DNA from: Owenia fusiformis | Lineage: Eukaryota | Assembly (NCBI GenBank): GCA_903813345.2 | Contig: CAIIXF020000001.1 | Location: 4,836,001-4,900,000 of the forward strand | Reading direction: 5' to 3' | DNA: 64,000 nucleotides | Shown: positions 11,316-23,844 of the stretch, one piece after another | How positions within the stretch are numbered: the first letter of the stretch is position 1 | How the letters are laid out: each line of letters opens with the position of its first letter | Translations under genes and position numbers: made by a program | Notes under the pieces: model-generated | The model's input: only the letters and a program-made list of their open reading frames with translations | What the model was told of the DNA's origin: nothing | Database searches by the model: none

Positions 11316-14119
11316 TCAGTCAACGTTTAGTTTCTTGAATGTTCCCGTCACACCACCAAGGTCCCCAGAATGTCCAAAAAGATCTTTTACTTCTTCCAGA
11401 CGATATCCCATAATCCTTTCAAAATAATCTTGGTTTTTATTAAGGGTTTCAATCCATTCCTGAAATAATAGAATGTGTTTGGCATTAGACAAATTCATAC
11501 AGAAGTATGTTTTTTATTGACGCGGCAGAAACAAAAAGGTGAATTGATTTCTGAGTTAAGAAATAGGAAATGAGACTCAATTGAAAACAATTGAAATTAA
11601 TACCTTGTTATTCAATGGACCTGCTGTTCCTTCGTACTCTTCTGGTAGAATTTCAGGTTGTATATTCTTGTGAAGACTTTTCATATCGTAGGCGTGGAAA
11701 GATATCTATAAATGTAATCACAGGAGAACTACAGGAGACAAGTAAGCAGTAAATCTCATAATTTTATGTATAGTACTTTCAGCTAAATGCAAAATATATA
11801 TAATGACAAAACGGTCAAAATGTATGAATTATGGCATGATATGATATGATTTAGGTCTGAGAATGTAAGTCAATGTAATTTAATTTTACTTATGACCATT
11901 GTTAAATATAAGTATGATTTTTCATGTGCTGATCTTTTTATATCATCTACCATTGGTAAATACATGCCATTTATCAAATCAACAAATAATTTGGTGATTG
12001 TACTCACCCTATCCAAAAGTTTGGGTTTCAGGAACATCTTAAGAAGTCCGAATAAATATCCAACGACAGAAGGTTCGTTTACCATGTTCATGCCTTTCAT
12101 TCTTATTGGCATGGCTTCCTAAAATATATAATAAAAATGTGTCTCATTTCAACAGTTTTCAATGAAAGGGTTAAAAGGCTAGACACTGAATATGTTTTAC
12201 ACATCATTTACAACAATTTCTTAATAATTTGGTTTCAATTTCTTTACAAAGACCTTCATCTTCACCAAGAGGCTCATGGGTTGCAATTACTATTAGCCCT
12301 CTAGCCTGGGTGCCTGGGTATGTTTTACCTGTATAACAGCAGAAGCTTTCTTCATATAGGTAGGCCCTATGTTATAAGCCTTTGACATTGTCATACCATT
12401 CAGGTCATTCACAATCACAATTCCATTTACTTGCATGCTCTCATCCTGAAATGATTAACAAATCATTGAAATCACTTGACTCGTACAGCCAGAAATATTT
12501 GAATTGCAGAGCTTGATTCAAGTTTTTAATCGTTGGTACCGGTGTAGGTGCAAAGAAGAGCAAGTGGAGGAGCAACAACACATCTAAGATATGCCAGAAA
12601 GTCTGTCATGCGCCAAAGAATACTCACCAGCAACAACTGTTCAATGCAGACAATGTTAGTGCGAAGAAGCATGGTTATCGGATATTTTTCAGGGTCCCAT
12701 CGACCTGAAAAATTAAATAAGCATAGAAACACTCATGGCTGCAATAATTTTCACATTGTACATATGTAGTCATCTGTCTTGGCAAGTAAAACAACATGCA
12801 TAGTTCATTGTAGTTCAAATCGAACCAAGGAACAGTCATTTCAAAATAAATGTATACACAAAATCTTTTTATCCATTTCAGATATCACATACGACTTGTT
12901 TTTGTTTAAAATTAATCGTATCAAGAATAGGCTGCAATGTCTTTCTTGTATCATTAAGGAACGCCTTAGGAATTATATGAAAGAAAAGGATCCAGAAATG
13001 ACTTTTGGCTTTTAGGCAAAGAAACATGAATTTTTAACAAAATGTAAAATAGGTCTTCATCGGCTTTTAATCATTTATACAGTGAACACCTATGAAACCA
13101 CAAAAAGTGTTCGCTGTAGGTAGGTGTTCACTACAAAGAGTGGATTTAATACGCATACAACAGCTGGAGAGGAGGCAATGTAAAATGTGTCTTGAAGTGG
13201 TGTTCACTTAATAAAGGTGTTCACTCGAGAAAGGTGTTCACTAAGACAGGTCTTGCTGTATATAATAAAACCTGCCCGATGGGTTAACTTTCTGTTAGGA
13301 AGGAACGCCTGTAAACAAGGAATGGTTTTCGAAAGAACCAACTATTTTTCCATTGACTTACATATTAACTAAGCCAATATATGATTCTAAAAAGATTAGA
13401 TTCATATGAATGAAATAAGATTAAGCCAAGTTGAATTATTGATTTTGGCCGATTCTGCTTTTGATTCACTACCTTGTAACCTAGAAAGACCAAGAGGATT
13501 ACGTAACATGAAATCAATCAAGTTACATTTCAGAGGCCACCCTGTAGAATTACAACTCGGTTCCTTTATGATTTTGGTTGTTGACTAAATCTAAATTGTG
13601 GTCGATATGATCCTTACCTGGTCTGAATACAAGTACTTTTCGCCGTTCCTTATCCAATCCTGGTAGGACAGTGACAAATCCATCATCCAGTACTTGCTTT
13701 ACGTCATTAGGGCCCGCTCGAGGCGACAACTTGTCAAACACATCCGGGTACTCATTTCGAATAGAGCAGTATCTTACTATGTTGTCAAATGCCCGCTGTA
13801 TGTTGAACTTTCTGGCACGCAGGAAACGAAGGAGGAAGGAGTCCGATGTGTCCACTTTGAGGCCTGTATTAGATAAGATAGCTAGGCATACATAACTACG
13901 TTTTGAGCATTCAAAACGTCACGTCACGTCGAAAGAACGACAATAACCAATATTGAAAAATGAATGTTGTTATTAGTATGCGTTATCTGTTATCTCACCT
14001 TTATGACCTTGAACCATCTCTCGCAGTTTCTGGACATCTTGCAGTCTTGTTTTGGGATTCTCATTCAGCTCAGCTTTAGCTTTCTGCAAATCCTTCTCGT
14101 CCAACGTACATTCATACAT
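11316..14119 (-). CDS. CRAL-TRIO (Sec14) lipid-binding protein, alpha-tocopherol transfer protein-like/clavesin-like, 305 aa, 7 coding exons
   Basis: Exons 14119-13999, 13863-13618, 12704-12628, 12445-12329, 12118-12008, 11705-11604, 11459-11316 join in frame (918 nt). Motifs: MYECTLDEKDLQKAKAELNENP, DSFLLRFLRARKF, QVNGIVIVNDLNG, AMPIRMKG, ILPEEYEGTAG, C-terminal GTFKKLNVD. A probable non-coding first exon has a GTAAGT donor near 14486. Confidence 0.93.
13078..13260. mobile_element. Small TA-flanked Tc1/pogo-type MITE with repeated GGTGTTCACT motifs (CRAL-TRIO intron)
   Basis: TACAGTGAACACCT start and GCTGTA end; GGTGTTCAC recurs three times, plus a GTGTTCGC variant. Confidence 0.45.
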
Positions 14120-15112
14120 TCTACCTCCTAATAAGAGAGCAAACGAGAAACAATATTAAAAATGCATGGTATAGCAGCATAAAAACAACCAACTGCAAAT
14201 ATATCAATACTGATTTCATTTGGTAAGCTTTCATTTATATGTGTTTTACTATTAAACCGTGCTGTTTACATTGATGTACTGACCTTGATGAGCTTAAAAT
14301 GCAATTATGAACTTATATAGGTATCGGAAACTGGTTGTTGGATCAACAATTTGATTTCATTCCCGTTTGACGTATGTCATGTACATGTACCAGCTGTAAT
14401 TCCATTGATCAGCAATTTGACAATTTACTTGATTATCAGTGTAGTGTTAACAAATGTTGAACATTGCACTATATATATTTACTTACCCTTTGTATTCGTT
14501 TGATTCCGCTTCTTAAAGTGTTTGAAAAAAGGGTACGTTGACTAGAAGTGTTTATTTCAGACGAATGTATTTCAAAAGAGAGAGGTTCAGGTTTTTTAAA
14601 TAGCTTACTTTCATATTAACATCAAATGGAAAAAACAAGCTTTTTGAATTTATTCTAGCTAGACTTTGTATAGAATAGTACAAATACCTTAAAAATAATT
14701 GTTTTTAAGAAATTGTTGGAAACTATTTTTATTTCGTATTTGGATTTACACCTGTACTTAAGTGGCATTAGGGTGCATCGAGGTAAAAACATCATTTAAA
14801 TGATTACATCTGTCATAAATTATGGTTATAAATATGCGTAAAAAGTGTTTAACGCTCTGTCAAATTTACAATTCTGAATCTTTACCCCTGAATCTACTTA
14901 AATTTATGGCGAATATTGCAAAAGTACAGTCATATCTTTTGAACGCAGTGAAGACCGAGCGTTCGAAGATGCACGCAGTATCACAAAACACGTATTACTG
15001 TTTTTGAATAGGTAGTACAAGTATTTAAATAATTTATGTCTCACACATACCTAATATTACCTATAGATTCGTAAAAAGTATTGAAAGGGTGCGATTTTAT
15101 GCCCTGTCATTC

Positions 15113-15143
15113 CATGGGCTCTACCACCCTGATTGAGCCCATG
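15113..15143. mobile_element. 31-bp micro-MITE with 7-bp TSD
   Basis: CATGGGCTC...GAGCCCATG flanked by GTCATTC at 15106-15112 and 15144-15150. Confidence 0.65.
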
Positions 15144-16359
15144 GTCATTCCATGTCTACGAGTGACTGATCATATATCATTAATAGTAATATAATTCGGC
15201 ATACAAGTAGTCACAAAGTCACGTTTATCACTGCACCATACGAGTTATTTTCATAAAAACTAATCTACAAATTCTCACAAAACACATTAGAGACAACCTA
15301 TGCACGGGTAGTATCTAAAGCCCCGCTATGATTTAGAAGTCGCGAGCAAATACCCGCTGAAATCGCGAGCAATTAAAAGAAAAGAAGGGTTATCTTTTGT
15401 TTACTTAAATTGTATGTTGTAAAAAGCGTTTTCATTTAATTTTACTCAATTATTACATGGTATTGATACTAAAAAGCAACTTCTGCAAAAAAGGATCACG
15501 AGCTGATGTTCTGAGTTTTGTTATTTGATAATTGGAGAGAGAATGTATCATCTTGAATCTTTATCTATATATTTCTATATCTTATAGCTGAAGAAGGTCA
15601 TTGCCCTTCAGTTGAAATGGTCATAGTAATATGAAATGAAGGTATTGTGAGTTTCACTTCCTAAAGTTTCACAAAAAATTATATATTTCAAATTTAGCAT
15701 ATCCCTTGAGGCCCCGCTTCTACAATGAGCAATAAACTAAAGATCCCGCTGAAAACATGAGGAGGCCCCGCTGAAAACATGAGGAGGTCCCGCTGAAATC
15801 AGGAGCAAGTGGCTCTCTAAAATGGAGTGAAGGCCGATTTGACTTTGCAAATCTGCCACGACTGTAGCCAACGTCATAAATATATTAATTATTGATACTC
15901 TACAGAGCACATATATATCATATATCATTGTCATTGTTATTATCGGTTCGAGCAACCCCCCCCTTACCAAAAGCTGGCTACGAGCATGATTCCAATAAAA
16001 CCATTTCACTTAATGTATTTCGACCTGACTCCATCGAGAAATTTACCAAGACAAGATTTAAATCCATTCCACGACTTTTGACAAGTTTCAAACAACTCGT
16101 TCTTCTTTGTATGCAATATATATTTATATTTCACTGAAGTTACATTATACTGTAGTTCAGTATATTACTACCTTAGAGGATTCAGCACCAATGGCGCACA
16201 CGTTTGAAAAGGCAATTTATGGATCAACTGCTAGATGTAAGTAACAAAGGAGTACATCATCCGATTATGAGTCCGAAATAATAATAATCAAATAATTTCA
16301 TCATTAACAATTAATTGTAGGTTATGTTAAACGCACTTGTTACGCGGAAAACATGATGC

Positions 16360-16980
16360 AAATATGTGTCATATTCTGCAATAAATATGGCATATTCACT
16401 TATGTTATGTGTATGACAGATTCAGCTGCAGTATATTGCATACCCACTAAGCAATGAGAACACGATACGGAAGTACGCAATTGTCAATTGCATTGATTGA
16501 ACAAACGGGTAATCATTGTGTCATTTTCACCTGCGGTATATGACATATTCGGCAAGTGAGTATGACATATTCTGCAGGTGACTATCAGGTATTCACTGAA
16601 ATCAGGGTATCGCATATTCACGGCGGAATATCGCATACTCACCTGCGGAATATGACATAAACTGCAGGTGAGTATGGCATATACTGTATACCCGTATCAC
16701 AGCTACCACGCAACCATAAATGTATGCCATACTCCGCGTAACATCGTATGTGCCATATTCAGCTGTGGTATATGGCGTATTCTGCAGGTGAGTATGGCAT
16801 ATTCCGTATTGAATATGTGATGCATTGATTTCAGTAAATACCCCATGCTCGCAGAAAATGTCATACTCGCTTGCAGAATATGCCTTACACCGCAGGTGAG
16901 TATGCCATATACCGCAGGTGAATCTGTCATACTCCACAAGTGAATATGCCATATTCATTGTGGAATATGACATATATTTG
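16360..16980. repeat. Degenerate ~22-nt minisatellite (GCAGGTGAGTATGGCATAT-like) inside the Transib-like element
   Basis: Recurrent GCAGGTGAGTATG / GCATATTC units in both orientations; this explains the spurious ORFs at 16602-16973. Confidence 0.7.
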
Positions 16981-17024
16981 TATCGTGTTTACCGCGTAAC
17001 AATATGTCCAGGAAAATGGCTTAT

Positions 17025-17147
17025 GCAGGACATACGATTTATATGTCCCGGATCCACGTTTGAGCGGGACATACGAAAAATATTTGCCCGGATATGGAAT
17101 ATATTCCTGGTTGATATGTCCCTGAAAATTATCAGGTATGGAATACA
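17025..17147 (-). mobile_element. Terminal fragment of the Crypton-like family seen at 39685
   Basis: Reverse-complement match to 39685-39806 (GTATTCCATACCTGA...GGGACATATAAATCGTATGTCC). Confidence 0.75.
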
Positions 17148-18306
17148 AATCATCATTATTTTAATAAATATATATTTAAAACAAAAACTTGAATGTTATT
17201 GTTAAATGTTATTGTTAAATTATAAAAGTAGAACCTGAATTATCATGGAGACTTTGTGGTTCTCCTTTCTCTCTAAATTTCATCTTCTTGCAACTTGGGG
17301 TGTCTTTGTTTAATACAAGACTCATTACCCTGAACCTCAGGCTTCAATTAAGTTCATTCTTGAAATGATATCCACCTTTCTCCTATACATTTTGATATGG
17401 ATGCAACTCTATAAAATGTTTGACGAAATCTCTGGTGGCTTGAAGTTGGAATGGAAACATTAGAAACCTGGCCCTAGAATGAAACAGTATATATACAGTA
17501 ATTATTAGAAGTACTTAACTTGGTCTTTCGAGTACGTTTATTTGAAGAACCTCAATATTTTATGTAATAGTAATGAGCTTTCCTCGTGATCGAAGCGGGT
17601 ACTCGTGATATCTGCTCCTGTTTTCAGCGGGACCTCCTCATGTTTTCAGCGGGGCTTCCTCATAATTTCAGCGGGGCCACTGGCACACCTTCAATGATGT
17701 ATTTCACCCCCCACAGTGGATGTTTTTGAAAACAAACTTATCAATACATACAATGTTGGTCCAATATTCATAATGAGGTATGTATATCGTAGTTCGTGTC
17801 TCTATTTTAACCATAAAAGTAATATGTTAACAGTAAATTATGCAAACGTGCATATTGACGCCCGTTTCTTCCATGTCAGTAAAAATAGTTATCTTTCATC
17901 TCATTGTTTGTGAAGATATACCTGTTCTGAAAGTATACCTAAAGTATCAAAGAACAGTAATGCGTATTCTTACCTTTTTGGTCCATATTTCCAGATGAAT
18001 TAAATAAAAAGGACTTTGCTCGTGATTTCAGCGGGAACTTGCTCGCGACCTCTCAATTATAACGGGGCTTTGGATACAACCCGTGCTATGGGACATTCCA
18101 AATCAATTTTGACAACTGGGCACAACCCGAGACAACATCTTCACATAACAAAATTTGATGCATCGAACTATCAACAATTTGTAAGGCATCACCCATCCAT
18201 AATGCTTTTTTCAATAAGTGACAATAATTACAGAAATAATTTTCTGGGTCTATTCTTATTGTGTTCAATGTTTATGTAACTGTGATAAAAATAAAAAATA
18301 AAATTT

Positions 18307-18310
18307 AAAA
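18307..18310 (-). terminator. Pol III oligo-T terminator of the 7SL gene
   Basis: TTTT directly after the 7SL 3' end on the minus strand, followed by further T runs (18287-18303). Confidence 0.8.
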
Positions 18311-18605
18311 GAATTGAGTCCAACTGTGTTGGACGGGCTGCAAGCCGTCGCCTATTCACAGGCGCGATCCCACTACTGCTCGACACGGGGACTTTTGTCT
18401 GCTGCGTTTCCGCCCTGGACCTGTACGTCCCTCCTTAGACAACCTGGGCACCCTAGGCTCCCCAGGGGTGACCATATTGATGCCGAGCTTAGTGCGGACG
18501 CCCGATCGACATAGAGCACCGACAAACAGGACTCCCGCCCTCAAACCGTTCCACAACCCCAGCCTCCAAGTAACTGGATTACAGGAGCACGCCACAACTC
18601 CCAGC
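18308..18605 (-). ncRNA. RN7SL: 7SL / signal recognition particle (SRP) RNA gene, about 298 nt
   Basis: The reverse complement begins GCTGGGAGTTGTGGCGTGCTCCTGTAATCCAG (Alu domain). It contains GATCGGGCGTCCGCACTAAGCTCGGCATCAATATGGT, a helix-6 GGAG loop, helix-8 CCAGGGCGGAAACGCAGCAG and CAGTAGTGGGATCGCGCCTGTGAATAG, collinear with metazoan 7SL. It ends at a TTTT Pol III terminator. Confidence 0.97.
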
Positions 18606-21600
18606 TGATGGCGTTAGTGAATTTAGCCTATACGACCACTGGCCAATCACATGCATGCAAATGTCGTGACGTTGCAGCATATTGATTATTTTCGATGGAT
18701 ACCATTGCCATCTATAAAACGATGTAGAATGTTTCGGCTCATAATACAAAAAATTTACTTTTTCATTTGGAAGGTTATACGAGTGGTGTTGATGTAATTT
18801 GATGTGGATTAAGTTGCAAATGCAATGGAATTAATGTGAAACTTTTGAAAGCATGATGAATCAAAAGTTACTTCTTCTTTTTTTCAAATCTTGATGCTAG
18901 GAATAAATCACAAGAGGGAAATCACAGTGATAATTAATAATATATTAACACAAAATGATCGGCCCTTTAATTTAAATTTAATACAACTTTGCCATCTTTA
19001 TTCTAAAATAAAAAAGAACTGAGAGTTGGAGATACAAAGTGCAACACACTATTTCTAAAAAGTATCTACACTAAGTTGACAATTCTGATAAGAATATATT
19101 ACAACAGTATACTTTTGGTTGTGGCAACCTATCTAATTATTTAGGTTGAGTAGATGAAAATAATCATTTTAATATATGACTTTAAGTTAAAATAGAACTA
19201 CTCAGGCTCAAAATCCAAATGGTAATATATTTGCTCTTGACATTTTGAGACTTGAGAAAGTAAATCTCTTGTTAAGTTGGAGTTGTATGATCACCATGAT
19301 TTACAATCAATAACTTTAATTTATTACAAGCGTAGGCCTTTTAATGTTGAATAAACTGCCCTTTAATCTAAATGTTTACAATGCAATCGTGATAAATCAT
19401 TACTTTTTAACTGCTGCAGTGAATGGCGTGCCATATGATCTTGGGGGATAACGTTTATTCTCAATAAGAGTTGTTTACTATTTGAAACTATAACCATGGC
19501 TTGACACATCCTTTGACAACCAAGAAATTAAAGTATGAGCTTTGGTAATTACACATATTGAGTGCCATCTTTTGAGGGACAAGATAATATAATTTCGATA
19601 TCTCGATTCCATCACTTGATCTCATCAGGAGTTCTACCATCTGACCCAATAAACTTTTCATATTTTCTGAAAACTTAGATCATATGATCCATCCCTCATT
19701 GGCCAATTAGTTAAAATAGAGAATGTAATAAAAACAACAATTTATAGTTATTTGAGGCTATTTATTCCTGGTAAATATGATTGTAATAATAATAGAATAT
19801 GCAAAGTAAAATATGACTATATACAATTTATATAGCAATAACAATGTGTTTGTAACAATATTTAAAACACAACCTAAATAGACATTAATGTCTTATGATT
19901 GCAACCAAAGCAAGCAGTTATTATTAACAATGTTAATTTAACAGGGTTACAGGAGTGAATGAAAGTATTTCACTTCATCTCCAGTGATAAACACACAACA
20001 AAATGGAACAAATAGCACATTAAAAAACAATTTAGAAAGCAGACAAAGGTGTACGCTAAATCAATTTTCTAATATAACACACTGTACTTTCTCATCAGGA
20101 AAAACTTGTGCAAAGTAACAGACTACAGGCTATAATGACAATATTCAGCTTGTCTTAATTAGCACCTATCAGTTTACCTCTAGGAAAGGTTTACTCTCAG
20201 AGAGATAGTATTGAGTACTGTACGAAATACAGAAGTGGCTTGGTCAATGGTCACTGGTCAGTCTTACTATTAGAAACTAACAGTATATTATAGAAGCTCC
20301 CAGGAACACAGGGATGATAAATTAAATATTTTAATATGGATTAACCTTATGTTGTTACTGTTGCATAGATGAATCATTTTCACAAATCAATTCACATTTT
20401 AAAATCAAAAACTCAAACTATATTACATTAAAACAGAGACATAAAATGTCTCTGATTAAAACTATAGCTTTGTTAAAATTATCAATATGTTCATCGATTT
20501 TTCGAGACTTACTCACTAATTAACAATAATCCGGTATACTCTTCATTAATTTATAATCAATATGTGGATTTTCATAATTCATTGTAATCAATGAAAGGGT
20601 GAATACAGCAGTTGTATGTGTAGGCCCATCTCACTCATTACCATATGTTTGCTAGTCTAAGCTTTTATTAAAAACCTTCAATACATAATTGAGGTCACTG
20701 TATTTATATTATCTAACTGTGGTTTTTCTAAGCATGGACTTAATGCATGTCAAAAATGTATTTATGGTCTAGTACAACAAAATGTGATTAATATATAATA
20801 AAAATAATATATTATCTGTGAGAAATTTATGACCTAGGAGTGACTCTGACCCAAAATGTCTCAAATAAGTAAAGTTATAACCTGATAACAGGAGTAAACA
20901 ACCTAAAACACTGGGTTATACAGATAAAACACATACTTTGAGATATTGTACAATTAAGTGACTATTTTAGAATTTTAAGGATGGAATCCAAATGTCAACA
21001 AGTGTGGAGCAAAAAAGTTAATTTTTTGATGGCTCAACTTACGCATATAACAAAAGTTTTAGCCTTAATGATAATTTACTTTCCTACGGCCAAAAATCAA
21101 TATTTTACTAATACAATTATCATTTACCATCTCTACAACAGAAATAAATAAATCCCGGTCTTCTACAATTGTTGACATTTAGGCACCATCCCATACAGAT
21201 TACATACAGATATATCTGTTATGGTAGACTTTAATCTACAAAAAGTAGTTCTGTGTCTGTGTGATTCTACGTTTTTACAATGCAATACTGTTGTTAAAAA
21301 GATTGTCGAAATACAACAATGTTAACGTTTTGCTTTGAAAAATAATTTAATACTTCAAATGTTGAAATGCAAATCTAATTCTACTTTAAATAAAACTATG
21401 CAACTGATAAATGCTAAAGAGTGCATATTTTGATTTCCGATGGCAAGAAATTAAATTCTAAATACTTCGTTGTAATGCAACTATCGTCTAAAAACTTAGA
21501 ACACTGTTAAACTATTAAAATGCTGTATCTTTAAACATTTTATCCCAAATGGCTATAGATTGCAATTAGGAATCTAAACACTATATAACTTTTCAATTGT

Positions 21601-23844
21601 ACTGATTTGTACATGAATTCATCATTTTACATACAACACTGAAGTAAAAAACTAATGTTTTAATAATTAGCAACAACAAGATTAATGCAGCAGCTGAACT
21701 TGTCAGTCTTGTACACAGCCCCAAAAAAACTGGCAACAAGTGAACAGCCAATGTTAATGAAGAGTTTGCCTCAAGTTGAGTTTTTCGGAGCTGTGCATGA
21801 GACTGGTAAAAGTGTTTGGTTGAACATTTTTGACAATGTGAATGGCACCAATGATTTGGCAAAAATGAGATTACAAATTGAGATATACATGATTACACAT
21901 ACATAAGTATGAACTTATAGAAATGTGGCACTGAACACTTCAAAATAAAAGTGGGTAATAAATAATTGTTTAACATATTTTTGAGATGCTTGGGTTTGAA
22001 TTGTAACGGCACCCTATGGAACCCAACAATAAAGTGATACTCTGGTCATTATTAAAGTGACACTCGAGTCACTATTAAAGTGACACTATCTGGTCAAATC
22101 AATTCTCTCGCATATTGAATAGATTCTGTTTGCATAGCATTTGAATACAACTTCATGTATCAATGGCATGTCTATTTACTTGATTCCACACTATTTTAAA
22201 TTGTTTCCTGTGCCCAATGATAATTCATGCATGGGAAGGTTACTTTAACATTGAGCCTGTAATATACATGTATGTTCATATTTCAGTTATTTTTGTTGAT
22301 CACTAGTGCCACATGTTGCCTGGCCACAGCTTGAGTTACATTACAATACAACAACTTTCATACCAACCGTTAATGAAATCTAGGGAATGAAACCCATACA
22401 GGAGATAACTTGTATGAATTAATTCTAATTGATCTCTAATTGAACCTTCTAAGAACAAAATTAGGCCTCTGTCAACAGGGCTTGGTGAACAGGTCCATTC
22501 CTGCAATACATAAATATGATTATAAATAAACTTATGTTTTATCCGACACATTAATTTACACTTGAATTTTAACGTGACTGTTCAAGATATAACAAATTCA
22601 CAATGTGACATTTTTATTTCTGGATTGGCAGTCCATACTGACTTGCCCATCCAGAAATATAAATAAGTCTACGTCATTCTTGAACATATTAGGTGAAATC
22701 AAAAAGTCAATTTGCCATGCTTGGTAAACACACAGCTGTGATATACTTAATCATTCAAAATGCAACAATGTATTAGAAAAATCTAGTTGCGATAACCATA
22801 AAAATATGATATTGGACCCATTAAAATAATTTCATGAACTTGAAATGAAAACTTGTAATATAACTTGCTAAATTGCAGCAAAAAGCAAAAATACAAACAA
22901 ATGCTTAAAATAAATCATCAATTAATATGGACTTTCATATCGAAAATTTGAAATTGTGTGAGCATATATACTAATATACTATGAAGTACATTCAACATGT
23001 ATATAATATAGTATATAACCTGAAGTATATAAATTATACATCTGTTGCTAGTTTTTGTAATTCACAGACTTTTGTCAGCACCTTGTTGAATGCCACCACA
23101 CATAGGCCCTACACGTAATCAATCTAAATACAACTTAATTAAATCACTATGTTAGCGTTAATTATAGAGTTCATCTATGTAGCGTATGCAAACAAGTTAG
23201 GCATGTCCTTGAATTAACATTAAAAAGTCAAATTAACTAAAGTAGCTCTCAATATCATTACATACTAGTATATACAATTGTGGCATTTATTGCATTAAAT
23301 TATTGCATTATATTGGCCCTCATTCTGCTCATGAAGGACGATCACCGAGAATAAACCTACACAATCCAGTAAATTATTACTGCTATGAGCTATTCAATAA
23401 CATTACAAAGTTGGTTGTCACTAAAATACATGTACGCCCAATCGTCATAAATCAACAGGGCGAGAGTCAAGAACAGATCATCTGATTTCATTTGTCTGTA
23501 AATAAGTTTGGGAGGACTGCAAATAACACTAAAAGAACACACCTTTATTATAAATCACATAGTGTCAATTGACTCCCAGATCATTTGATCCTCTTGTTGC
23601 ACATATTGGTAGCATTCCAAGACAAGAATCTTGTGAACACAACATGTTGAATAATTTATCAGGTATCCAATTCCCTTAGTTAATCATACTCACAGTCCGC
23701 ATCCTTCATAAATATTTCATTATAAGTTATACATGTATTGATAATGTGAAATTCATTATAATAATAGACTGTTCATTTTGCGAATGGTATATTCCTGTCC
23801 TGTCGTGTACTAGATATGGGTAGGCTGGCAGTCTTAAAATGACA

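Larger units (their letters stand above)
15303..18085. mobile_element. Non-autonomous DNA transposon, 2783 bp, Transib-like (CAC...GTG termini, 5-bp TSD)
   Basis: ~70-bp imperfect TIRs CACGGGTAGTATCTAAAGCCCCG / CGGGGCTTTGGATACAACCCGTG. TSD CTATG at 15298-15302 and 18086-18090. Inverted subterminal CCCGCTGAAA arrays at about 15710-15810 and 17610-17680. No transposase ORF. Confidence 0.75.

Noticed and set aside
3945-14119. Functional vitamin C / vitamin E transport gene pair (SLC23 next to a TTP-like gene)
   Set aside because: The SLC23 signature suggests nucleobase substrates, and CRAL-TRIO ligands cannot be inferred from sequence; the adjacency is probably coincidental.
16602-17205. Cluster of Tyr/Cys-rich ORFs as a possible transposase
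   Set aside because: Derived from a minisatellite and a hairpin-element end; no DDE or RAG1-like motifs.
18314-18595. GC-rich ORFs 18314-18514 and 18356-18595
   Set aside because: They overlap the 7SL RNA gene.
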